Positions 1-13,000 of a DNA stretch of 64,000 nt are shown here, piece by piece. Every line of letters starts with the position of its first letter. Position 1 is the stretch's first letter. The notes under the pieces were generated by a model. That model saw nothing but the letters and a program-made list of their open reading frames with translations. It did no database searches and was not told where the DNA came from. The translations under genes were made by a program, and so were the position numbers. The DNA comes from Octopus vulgaris (lineage: Eukaryota), in assembly GCA_951406725.2 (NCBI GenBank), contig OX597830.1:17360001-17424000 (forward strand), in the 5' to 3' direction.

Positions 1-624
1 CTCGCCGTCCTTGTACCCTCCCTCGCCGCTGGATTTCGTAAAGATAAAAGGAAGATGGGTGAAGATAAATGGAACCCTCCCCCCCTTCACCTGTGACGGG
101 GTTTTCGTTTGACTGGATCCAAAACTTGCCAAGATGTAATTCCACGCAGCGTGTCTCGAAGACATCCTCTTAGGTACATCTGAAATGAGAGACATGCACG
201 ACAAGGCAAACAGAATGCCGTCGACCCAGCTGGGGCTTGAACCGTGATTTCTTAACCATTCGGTTAACCATTTGGCATTGCTGTCTTTTACCATTGAGAC
301 CATATCTCTTTAACTGTTCGTTGGGGATTTTGGCTTATTTTTGGAAGTATGTCCCTTTAGATATGCTCATATCAGAAGCAATAGGCCTTTTCGTGAAAGT
401 TTATGTGCGACGGTTTTGCTACTAAATCCGATGTTCAGCTCTTGTCCAATACTAATCGGGTAGGAATGTAATGACCAGAATTTTAGGAGAAACTACATCT
501 GTTTCATGACCCCTCCCTCATTACCTTTTGCTATTTTGCTATGTTTAGCTCGGTTTATATTGTTTAAAGTTACTACGGTTCCGTTAGTGTTAATATGGTA
601 GTGATGTATAAATTTAATTAATCA

Positions 625-741
<117 letters not shown>

Positions 742-828
742 CATATATACATATATATATATATGTATATGTAGGTCCCGGTTTGAGTCGGGGTTAATAA
801 GGTACTCAATACATAGCAGAGTAAAGTA

Positions 829-900
829 ATTTATTTTATAGAAGGAGCTTTTACAGGACTAGAGTTCTAGTCCTGTAGAAGCTCCTTCTATAAAATAAAT
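829..900. repeat. Near-perfect 72-bp palindrome in a (TA)n-embedded cassette
   Basis: Arms 829-863 and 866-900 (35 bp each, one mismatch) with a 2-nt spacer. Confidence 0.9.
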
Positions 901-903
901 ATA

Positions 904-998
<95 letters not shown>

Positions 999-1013
999 GT
1001 ATATATGTATATA

Positions 1014-1049
<36 letters not shown>

Positions 1050-1136
1050 TGTATGTATGTATGTATGTATGTATATATATATATATATATATTCATATTG
1101 TGTTTCTGTTTACTCACTTCTGTTCTGTCCTTTCAG

Positions 1137-1340
1137 CTTGTACATTTTCTGGCAGAAAACCCAATAAAAACGACTGCAAGAAATATTTTGAATGCATCAA
1201 CAACGTTGAAGTTGAACTATCGTGCGGTCCAGATGAGAACTTTGACTACATAGAAAAAAATTGCTACCCAGCTGTCTTTGCTGAATGTACACCAGGTTCC
1301 ATAACTACAACCACGGCATTGCCGACTACCACTCTTCCAT
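1137..1340 (+). CDS. Internal exon of a chitin-binding protein gene: CBM14/peritrophin-A domain plus Thr/Pro-rich linker
   Basis: Polypyrimidine tract + tttcag acceptor (AG 1135-1136) and gtaata donor at 1341; 204 nt, phase 1-1. Encodes [67 protein letters not shown], i.e. C-x11-C-x5-C-x9-C-x12-C-x7-C with conserved aromatics. Confidence 0.9.
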
Positions 1341-1736
1341 GTAATATAACATTTTCTTTCTCATGTACCTATATATATATGTATCATATATATGTATATG
1401 TATACAATGTATATATATATATATGTATATTTATATGTATATATATCTTGTGGTGGGGAAGTTGTCACCTTTGTCAGTACATAGAAAATGTGCTTTTGTG
1501 ACTAAAGAGCCTTGATTCTTATTTCTAGCAATGCTGTTATTCCCTGCGCCCTTCATCACTTTTCAGTGACGGTGAATTATTTCCTTTTTGGTTTTAAATT
1601 AACTACCTTAATTATTTTATACTTCATTCACACAAACAAACACACACGCATATATATATGTACATGTATGTATATGTATGTGTGTGCGAGCGTGCGTGTG
1701 TGTACATATATATATATATTTTATATATATATTATA

Positions 1737-1786
<50 letters not shown>

Positions 1787-1795
1787 GATAAATCT

Positions 1796-1853
1796 CACGC
1801 TGATGATAGGTAAACGCTGATGATCGGTAAACACCTTGAAACTCGAGTCCGTG
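1796..1853 (+). ncRNA. Type-I hammerhead ribozyme motif (Penelope-like) with an internal 17-nt duplication
   Basis: cacg-CTGATGA-taggt aaac[dup]acctt-GAAA-ctcgag-TC-cgtg: helix I cacg/cgtg, palindromic helix III ACTCGAGT, GUC triplet. Confidence 0.7.
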
Positions 1854-2015
1854 TGTATCATGAGTTGAAGACGGGGAGGATGACTTCCCTTCACAAATAC
1901 TGAGAGGACACAGATAGTGTGTCTATAGCCAGCTGGAGGAGATATCTTCCTGGAGCTACAAACTACAGTAGCATCCACCCTTAGGGGTTAGCCATATTCA
2001 AATGGCAAATATGCG

Positions 2016-2059
<44 letters not shown>

Positions 2060-2162
2060 TATATGTATGCATTGGCGGTGTGGGTCTAAAAATATTGGTT
2101 ACCAGGAAGCAAAGGGGACCCACCCGCAATGGTTGATACAACTTTAAACCAGATAAATAGTA

Positions 2163-2731
2163 TTAGGTTGTCCGGAAAGTTCGTGCCGATTTATAGTAGC
2201 TTACCTTTCGACTTATTTTAGAACACGGTTGAGTCCATAAAATAGGATTTGACTACACTTCCATTTAGAGCACAGTTTAAGCTATCTTTTGGTGGAAGAA
2301 TGTTTATGTTCCTATAACCTATGTTAATTCTGTAACCCTTTAAAATGGAAGATAAGAAAGTTCATTTTCGGCACTTGATGCTTTGGGAACCAGACAAAAA
2401 TTGCTGCAGCTCGACTGGGATGTGTTACCCCACATCTTCATATTCACCAGATATTGCTCCTTCGGATTTCCACTTATTCAGATCTCTGCAGAATAGTCTT
2501 GATGGTAAGAATTTCAGTTCCTTGGATGACGTAAAAAGATACCTTGATGAATTCTTTGCCATGAAACCACCTAATTTCTGGTAAGAGGGTATTTTCAAGT
2601 TAAAGGAAAGATGGAGACGCATTGTTCCACAAAATGGTTCATATTTAGTTGATTAAAAATGTAATGGCAAGTATTCTTTGACCTTTTTCTTTCCTTCAAA
2701 AAAATCGACACGAACTTTCCTGACAACCTAA
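2163..2731 (+). mobile_element. Internally deleted mariner (Tc1/mariner) element
   Basis: About 30-bp TIRs (ttaggttgtccggaaagttcgtgccgattt), left TA. Transposase start MEDKKVHFRH is fused to the C-terminal YSPDIAPSDFHLFRSL motif. Confidence 0.9.
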
Positions 2732-3044
2732 TTTCATTCCTCCTCACAACTTTATATTATCATCTTTTCTGTAGGAGATAAAAAACAAAATTTGGAACGT
2801 TATCTCCTTAGATTCTTTTTCCTTCATGAAATGGTTGGACAACGAGAAATTATTCTGAAAACTAAATATTTTAACCTTTTTGTGTCTGCATTATATCTGT
2901 TCTGTATACTCTCGATGTATGAATTTTTTGGTGAAAAATGAAGATCAATATATTTACGCATCATGCAGTTAAGGAGAAGAAATTATTGAGGTGGAGTTTT
3001 GAAATTGAAATCTCCACCACCACCCAACCAAGCGAGGCCGTGTG

Positions 3045-3123
<79 letters not shown>

Positions 3124-3199
3124 GTGTGTGTGTGTAAGTGTGTGTGTGTATAAGAAAACATATTTACTAACAAAACATATGGTATTAAAATAAATTATC

Positions 3200-5048
3200 G
3201 GTACTTCTTCGGAATTCCGCTCCGCCCTATAACTTTTGAACCAGTAAATTAAAAAAAAAAATTTCAAATACGTATGTTTTCGATATCGGAGATTACGATT
3301 TAGTATAAAAAATGTCTAAACTTCACTCTCCCCCGCATTATTTGCTTTGTTTACAGTTGACAAGACGTGCTGTCACGCACAAAATGACAGCTTCCAAATC
3401 CAGTTTCCTGCTTGGATGAAAATGATCAAACTTTAAGTCTCAATAACTTTTTAAAAACACTTTTCTTTAGCTCGGAATGGTATATTATTGTGCCAAATTT
3501 TAAAATTTTCGATAAACATTAATTCTTGAAATGTTGGTAGCCAATCCCCACCTCCTCATTTCTTGAATCGTTTTAAAAAAAAATCGGATGCCTTTGCGAT
3601 TTCTGTTGAAATTCTGAAGATAGTTATGTAAATAAGGATTAAAAAAAACATACTGAAGCATCCAGTTAATCTTTATTGCAGTAAATAAACCTATTTCAGC
3701 TAAAATATATACAATAGATGAAAAAAATTATTTCAACTGTCCTCGTTTGAGGACAGTGGGTTAAGCATAGGACGGTGGGTTAATATGAGTTAAACATTCA
3801 CACTGGGTAAACTTCACGAATTTGACTAATAATATTGTTGAAGACATTACCATTAGCACATTTTTGTCTCCACATAAACTCAACCAAATAAGCGTCAAGG
3901 AGTGAACTTGTTCCACTCTCCGTGTTCCTCCGCTTTGCCCTCATCCACAGATTTTCGGTGGGCTCGTCATAGGATCAACGAAATTCATTTGATGATTCAC
4001 TGTCAGATGTTGGAATCCTCTGTTTCCAATGGTGCTGTATGTTCCCCACAGATTTGACACCACAGTGGTTGCTGGTCTCACGTACTTGGCCAACACAGGG
4101 AAAAGAGTGTTGGTATCTCCCTTTTTGCCACTGCCTCAAGAAAACACTCCTTATTTGTTGCATCAAAACCACCCAAAACCAATCTGCCAACATGCCCCGT
4201 TCTCTTTGTAAATACAGACTCGTCAATCTAAAAACCAAAGATCCATATAGGATCCATTAATAATTTATCTGCGCATATGTCACGGAGGAAATTCTTCCAA
4301 TTACAAATAGCCTCACTATTCCACCCCAGTTCCCGTTGGCATTTTCTTTGAGGTACTTCTTCATATGTCCAGAAGTAAATGAACATTAAAATTTCTCTCA
4401 AACTTTCCTTTGTTTTATCACCTCTTGTCAATTCCATATTTCGGTTACACGTGCAACAGACTTTCACACGATGTAACAGTCTGATATCTTGGCAAGACGA
4501 AATTGTCAATTCAACTGTCGCTGTTGAGTCAAGCAGTTGACAGATATTATAGGTTCTGATATCAGCTATAAAGTTTATAACTAAATAATGAAGTTAAATT
4601 GTGCTTATATATCTTTTAAATTAGCTTCGCTGTATGCTGGACACTAACTTCTAACGGTTCTATAATGGATATAGTTGGTTTGGCTACCAGCATTTCAAAA
4701 ATTAATGCTTATCGAAAATTTTAAAATTTGGCACAATAATGTACTTTTTCAAGGTAAATTGTTGGTGTTGTTTCACTTTTTCCAGAAAAATGTTTTAAAA
4801 AAGCTATAGAGGTTTAAAATTTGATAATTTTCACCCAGTCAGGAAACAGGAAGCTGTCATTTTGTGCGTGACAGCACGTCTTGTTAACTGTAAATTGGGC
4901 GGGGGTGGGGAGGAATTGAAATTAGAATTTTTCTTTTTGCTAAATCATAATCTCTGATATCGAAAACATGAATCTGAAAAAAAAAAAAAAATACTAATTC
5001 AGATGTTATAGGGTGGGAGTGGGGGTGGGGGGATTCCGAAGAAGTACC
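3200..5048 (-). mobile_element. Merlin (IS1016/ISXO2-like) DNA transposon with degenerate transposase
   Basis: GG...CC ends, about 345-bp imperfect TIRs, 8-bp TSD aaattatc/aaattatt. Minus-strand relic reads IDESVFTKR..WVLGGFD..HLTVNHQMNFVDP..ENLW..YLVEFMWR with frameshifts. Confidence 0.88.
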
Positions 5049-5832
5049 AAATTATTTTTTAGAAACATTTTTTAAAGCACTGTGGATAAATTCCAGCACT
5101 GATCTTCTCAGGCTTTCTAATAGTTTAAAATTATAAGCAGAAACAATGGGGTGTGAAAAAAAAAATCGGAGGTTTTCAATTTAAAAAAAAAAATAGCATA
5201 AGTGTGCTTATAGGGAGAAAAATATTGAAAAACATCAATACATGTGATCAAAGGTGGTCGTCAGATATGCCAGAAACAACAGCTAATTTTTCTTTAAATC
5301 AAACACCTTTCCTTGTGAAAATATAAATTTTGTTTTCTCCCATCGTTTTTAAGTGCGTACTACAAAAAACAAAATGGCCAAAATCGGTCCAGATGGGGGT
5401 AAGGAGGAAAAGGGAGGGAAGGTGAGAAAAAATTAGACCGTGGGGAAAAATAAATTGGGAAAAAATCACCGTCAAAAAACTGAGAATATCATACATGTGG
5501 GTGCGCTGATCCGAAACTGCCATTATTGGAACTAGTCATTACACATTTTGCCTCAATTTAGACGTAATTTTTTGAAAATGGAAAATTATCAAATTAGACA
5601 TTAGTGTGGGAAAAACTGACATGGAATCCAACAGAGAAAAGAATATTAATTGTTAAACAGCAAAAATTATCCAGATTTTAGATTTGCAACCTCAATTACA
5701 ATCGAGTTGAAGTTGAGGAAAAATTTCTTGAAAGAAAAGTACCTGTCACTTGATTGTGTTTCAAAACTCTCTCAACTTCGCTACCCACTAGAGCTTTTTT
5801 TTTTATTCTCTCTCTGTTTATTTTATCGTGTT

Positions 5833-5870
5833 CCTTTCTGTTGAAGAGCGTAGGCTCGAAACGTAAATGA
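5833..5870 (+). ncRNA. Minimal hammerhead-like motif, CUGUUGA core variant
   Basis: ccttt-CTGTTGA-A-gagc gtag gctc-GAAA-cg-TA; identical core at 47282 (+) and 62447 (-). Confidence 0.45.
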
Positions 5871-5987
5871 CTTTCTCACTGTTCTGAGCGTTAAACTAAT
5901 TTATATACATATAAATATAGTGTACTGTTCCGTGATAATATCAACAAAAACGTACTCTATCTGGTGAGAGATAATACAATTATATAT

Positions 5988-6029
<42 letters not shown>

Positions 6030-6120
6030 ATATATATATACACATACATACATATATATTATATGCACATACATATTTATAAACATACACACACACACAC
6101 ACACATATATATATACACCC

Positions 6121-6165
<45 letters not shown>

Positions 6166-6457
6166 TATATTTCTACGACGTTTAGTGGTTAAAGTTATAA
6201 TCATAAGATTGTGGTTTCGATTCCTGGACAAGGTGCTGTGTTGAGTTCTTGAGCAAAGCATTTTACTTCACATTGTTCATGTCCGCCCAACTGGCAAAAA
6301 TGACCAACCCTGCAGCGTATCGGCGTCTCGTCAAAAGAGGAGGAGGAGGAGGGGGCTATGTGTTACATGTCACGTGAGTCTACATAATTCGGGGTAAGAA
6401 TTTTTATCCAATATGAATTCATACTCTGTTTCCTTTTACTCTGTTCTCTCTTTCCAG

Positions 6458-6631
6458 ATTGTGGTTATAACGGTAGAAAACCCAATGAAAACGACTGCAA
6501 GAAGTATTTTGAATGCATCAACAACGTTGAAGTTGAGTTTTCGTGTGGTCCAGATGAGAATTTTGACTACATAGAAAAAAATTGTTACCCAGCTGTCTTT
6601 GCTCAATGTACACCAAGTTCTACCCCGAAAC
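6458..6631 (+). CDS. Next internal exon, second CBM14 domain (not in the ORF track)
   Basis: tttccag acceptor (AG 6456-6457) and gtaata donor at 6632; 174 nt, phase 1-1. Encodes (Y)[57 protein letters not shown]; about 92% nt identity to the 1137 exon core. Confidence 0.9.
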
Positions 6632-6682
6632 GTAATATAAACATTTTTGCCATTCTTCCGTTGAGTCCTGAAATTTATCGCT

Positions 6683-6764
<82 letters not shown>

Positions 6765-6882
6765 ATATACATACGTACGCACATCCACACACAAATACAT
6801 ATATTGGCTTCTGTTTTTTTTTCTATCTATGTATATAAACACCTATCTATGTATATAAACTGTCTATCTATGTATATAAACC

Positions 6883-7190
6883 GTGAAGGCGCATGGCTCA
6901 GTAGTTAGAGCGTCGATTTTACGACTGTGAGGTTGTGAGTTCGAATCCCGGACCGGGCTGTGTGCTGTGTTCTTGAGCAAGACACTTTATTTCACGTTGC
7001 TCCAGTTCACTCAACTGTAGAAATGAGTTGCGAAATCACAGGTGCCAAGCTGTATCGGCCCCTTTGCCTTTCCCTTGGATAACACTAGTGGCGTGGAAAG
7101 GGGAGGCTGGTATGCATGGGCGACTGCTGGCCTTCCATAAGCAACCTTGCCCGGGCTTGTGCTTTGGAGGGTAACTTTCTAGGTACAATC
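6883..7190 (+). mobile_element. tRNA-derived SINE (family D)
   Basis: A/B boxes (tggctcagtagttag; gttcgaatccc) followed by tgtgttcttgagcaagacactttatttcac central domain; related copies near 6180, 10775, 28160 (-) and 51693. Confidence 0.85.
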
Positions 7191-7482
7191 CCTAACTCTA
7201 ACCCTAACCCTAAAATAGATTGAAATGCAATAGATCGATACTAGGGTCATAATTATGGGTGACAATTTCATATGACACCGCTAGAAAAAACTGCCGTTCA
7301 AACCGAAAAGATATATAAACGCCGTTCATTGATATATACTAGTGAAGTGTGTAATACACTGGCAAGAAAACAGAAACATGAAATAAAAATGCAAATATAA
7401 CTAAGGCTTCTTCAGCGATTCTCTTTTTGATGTATGTATGTATATTGATGTTCTCAATTATGTGTCGAGTTACACAATCCCG

Positions 7483-7918
7483 GGATCTTTTCGGTTTGAC
7501 CGGCAGTTTTTAACATAATTTCAAGGCAACTAAAAAATTTTAAACTTCGTATACTGGTAGAACGTGTTTATAAAACATCTTTTTCTCTTGGCTTTATTGA
7601 GAAAATTCTATAGTTTGTAAGATATTTGTTGTTCTTTTCTTCAATTTCTGCAATTTCAACCAATCAATGACTGTCTATTGAGGTAAAAACATTCTGTGCC
7701 GTATGAATATGTCCCTCGTTTAAGAAACAGATTGGGTTTATTTATATTTCTGAAGAAAAAAAGATACCCTTTCCCCACCCCTAACCCTAACTAACCCTAA
7801 CTCTAACCCTAACCCTAAAATAGATTGAAATGCAATAGATCGATACTAGGGTCATAATTATGGGTGACAATTTCATGTAACACCGCGAGAAAAAACTGCC
7901 GTTCAAACTGAAAGATCC
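7483..7918. mobile_element. MITE with internal (CCCTAA)n, Merlin-like ends
   Basis: TIR ggatcttttcggtttgaacggcagttttt; telomere-type repeats about 7778-7818; partial copy at 7190-7312 and inverted copy at 27509-27926. Confidence 0.85.
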
Positions 7919-8292
7919 CAATGATATTGTAAACTAATTGCAATATAAAATATTAAAAAAATAAATACACTTGATAGAGTATTAATTTTAAAAGAATAAA
8001 TTTCTTGTGTGTTGTTGTTTTGTTCTGCATGAAATCTGTCTGACAAGACAAAGAATCAAAGATTTTTGATGGTTACTGCATAATTATCTCGGTTATCTCA
8101 GATTACATTGTCTAATATGGCTTTCTCTTCACAAGTCGGTGCAGTGATATTTGACGGAAATATGGCTGTTATTTCGAACGTTCACATATAGGCTCTGTCG
8201 TGGAGTCACAATATAATTGTACAGGAGGATTTTGACAATAGAAGATGGCGGCAGCAGTGTCTCAGCTATTTGGTAGACACTTCAATCCATCT

Positions 8293-8857
8293 GCAGTAGG
8301 TGTGAATGTTGGGTGTTGATTTAAGAATGAAATAGAATATGGGGAGGAATTTCAACCATGTTTCGTGGTCTGCTCCCACAACAGCTCCTTTATAGGATCC
8401 AGTTAGCTCAAGACATCATTAGGAGGAACCACGTCCGTTTTCGGCCCCTACTCCTCTACCGTTTTCAACGTGGCAGGCCCCCCTTTCGGAGGTGTCTTCA
8501 GCTCTGGTGTTGGGTGCATGTCTTCTTCTTTCTTCTGTTCCCTGGCCTCTTCGATGTAGCGTCAACGAGCGTCAGCGGGCGACTGACTGTCTTGTCAAAT
8601 TTCCCTTTAAATACCTGCTGCTAGGCTCCAGCAGGCAGCCCCAGCAAGTTGTCACGTGACACTGTCTCAGTTTTAACTGACCAATGAAGGCGCGTAGTCT
8701 TAGCCCACGCATTCTCTAAATAAGACTGTCACCTGTCAATCAGTGACGCTAATTCAGTGTCAGCTTGTCTCACCTAATGATATTATTTTCCGCCGGCATG
8801 TTATGACTTTCAAGCCATTTTTGGTCTTCCTGCTGGCTTGAAAATTTTATTCTCTTA
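8293..8857. mobile_element. GC-richer insertion, solo-LTR-like or unclassified
   Basis: Flanked by the 10-bp direct repeat caatccatct (8283-8292, 8858-8867); TG...CA ends possible; minus-strand TATTTAAA. Confidence 0.45.
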
Positions 8858-9156
8858 CAATCCATCTCGCCTTCCTGTTCGCCTCTTCGCCACTTCATTT
8901 AACCCTTGCCTGTCCTGTACATGAGATCTGCTGACACACGGGACATATTATTCTGACGTCCATGCATCATGCATGATACTCATTCCCCCAATTTTTTTTT
9001 CTAGAACCACAAGAGTATCTTAGGACTAATGAAGAGAAAAGCTTTGTGTTGCTCAGAACGCGTGAAACAAGTCCGAAACGTCTCAAAGGAAGCACGGACG
9101 CTTAGGACAGACTTGGAGCAGGCAAAGATTTAAGTCGCCCCTCCTGCTCCTGCTCC

Positions 9157-9169
9157 TACCACCACCACC

Positions 9170-9222
<53 letters not shown>

Positions 9223-9316
9223 CACCACTACTACTACTACTACCACCACCACCACCACCACCACCACCACCACCACCACTACTACTACTACTACCACCAC
9301 CACCACCACCACCACC

Positions 9317-9390
<74 letters not shown>

Positions 9391-9408
9391 GACGACGACG
9401 ACGACGAC
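9157..9408. repeat. Compound (CAC)/(TAC)/(GAC) trinucleotide tract
   Basis: Read directly; source of the spurious poly-S/G/V ORFs. Confidence 0.95.
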
Positions 9409-9832
9409 GGCATTTCAGTAGAAAAAACAACGATGGCGTTTCTATTGATCAGGCAAATACTAGAAATAGCAGAAACTAAATTTACCTGAAATTCCCACTT
9501 TATCGCCATTCTTTTTTTATAGGAGAGACAATGTAGTTCCTCGCGTATATCGACCGAGATGGTCATGGTTGGAAAGTCTTTGATTACATCTAGTCGGTAT
9601 GTGATTGATTGTTTGTAAGCCTTGAGACTGACAGGGTTCTGATTAATAGCATGAACCACGCCAACGAACGCTTCTGTATGTGTATGTTTGATTTGCTAGA
9701 AATTGCAGCCTAATATCTCTCAAATCACATCTCACCATCTTATTATTCTGAAAAGGCAGAAACCGTTCATTCTTTGTAACTCCTCTTTCTTCGCGATGGA
9801 ATTGGACAAATTTCAAAAGTTTAAAAACCATA

Positions 9833-10250
9833 GGCGCAGGAGTGGCTGTGTGGTAAGTAGCTTGCTAACCAACCACATGGTTCCGGGTTCAGTCCCACTG
9901 CGTGGCATCTTGGGCAAGTGTCTTCTGCTATAGCCCCGGGCCGACCAATGCCTTGTGAGTGGATTTGGTAGACGGAAACTGAAAGAAGCCTGTCGTATAT
10001 ATGTATATATATATATGTATTTGTGTGTATGTGTTTGTGTGTCTGTGTTTGTCCCCCTAGCATTGCTTGACAACTGATGCTGGTGTGTTTACGTCCCCGT
10101 AACTTAGCGGTTCGGCAAATAGACCGATAGAATAAGTACTGGGCTTACAAAGAATAAGTCCCGGGGTCGATTTGCTCGACTAAAGGCGGTGCTCCAGCAT
10201 GGCCGCAGTCAAATGACTGAAACAAGTAAAAGAGTAAAAGAGTAAAGAGT
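9833..10250 (+). mobile_element. Full-length tRNA-derived SINE (family A) with an internal TA/TG microsatellite
   Basis: Head ggcgcaggagtggctgtgtggtaag, B box gggttcagtccc, (aagagta)n tail; 10 or more copies or fragments in the window. Confidence 0.9.
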
Positions 10251-10347
10251 ATCTGAATTTTATTAAACATGATCCCCATTTCCGTCGTCAAAGCCCCAAC
10301 TTGTATGAGAAAACATTATACTAATAAACGTTTGTGGTTTATTGTAG

Positions 10348-10505
10348 ACGTATGTTCGGAAGTAAAAGCTGCTTCAAAAGTGCCATATCCGGGAGATCCA
10401 AGGAAGTATTACTATTGTTCCAAGACTCGAAAGCAGGCAGTGTTTCAATGTAACGACGGATATATTTTCAGTGAAAAGGATGGAGGATGTGTTCCAAATT
10501 CCTAA
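10348..10505 (+). CDS. Terminal coding exon, divergent 4-Cys CBM14-like domain
   Basis: attgtag acceptor (AG 10346-10347), phase 1 and in frame with the previous exon. Encodes (H)VCSEVKAASKVPYPGDPRKYYYCSKTRKQAVFQCNDGYIFSEKDGGCVPNS; TAA at 10503-10505. Confidence 0.8.
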
Positions 10506-10647
10506 AGGGATAAAATATGAAAAAGTCCATGATCTGCTACGGTCAACCATTGGTTGCGTAATAACTTAAGGTCAACAGGTTTTAGAGTTGTTTCATCCCT
10601 AAAACAGTTCAATTAAAGTTGGACGTATTTCGGGATATGTTACAAGT

Positions 10648-10653
10648 AATAAA
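10648..10653 (+). promoter_or_regulatory. Candidate polyadenylation signal of the CBM14 gene
   Basis: AATAAA about 140 nt after the stop codon, with GT-rich sequence downstream (about 10695-10720). Confidence 0.5.
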
Positions 10654-10774
10654 ACATAATGATAAAATTAAAATTTAAGTTTTGGTCTTAAGTATATATG
10701 TGTTTGTGTGCGCGTGTCTACGTATTTTCATTTTTGCGCGCTTTTCTATATTTTCCTTGGCTAATTGTACTCAT

Positions 10775-11035
10775 GTGGAGGCGCGTGGCTTAGTGGTTAG
10801 GGTGTCAGCACCATGATCGTAAGATTGTGGTTTCGATTCCTGGACCGGGCGACGCGTTGTGTTCTTGAGCAAAACACTTCATTTCACGTTGCTCCAGTCC
10901 ACTCAGCTGGCAAAAATGAGTAACGCTGCGATGGACTGGCGTCCCGTCCAGCTGGGAAACACATACGCCATTGAAACCGGGAAACCGGGTCCATGACCCT
11001 GGCTAGGCTTTAAAAGGGCGCATTTATTTTATTTT
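10775..11035 (+). mobile_element. tRNA-derived SINE (family D-related)
   Basis: A/B boxes; perfect 13-bp TSD taattgtactcat (10762-10774, 11036-11048). Confidence 0.9.
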
Positions 11036-11049
11036 TAATTGTACTCATA

Positions 11050-13000
<1,951 letters not shown>

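Noticed and set aside
6883-6960. tRNA-like sequences at SINE heads (also 10775, 18392, 43771, 59292)
   Set aside because: No complete cloverleaf; they run into SINE bodies with TSDs, so they are not tRNA genes.
7190-7820. CCCTAA repeats as a telomere or fusion site
   Set aside because: Short and internal to a multicopy MITE.
9023-9085. Hammerhead-like CTAATGA...CGAAACGTC
   Set aside because: Core mutated and the helices cannot be assigned consistently.
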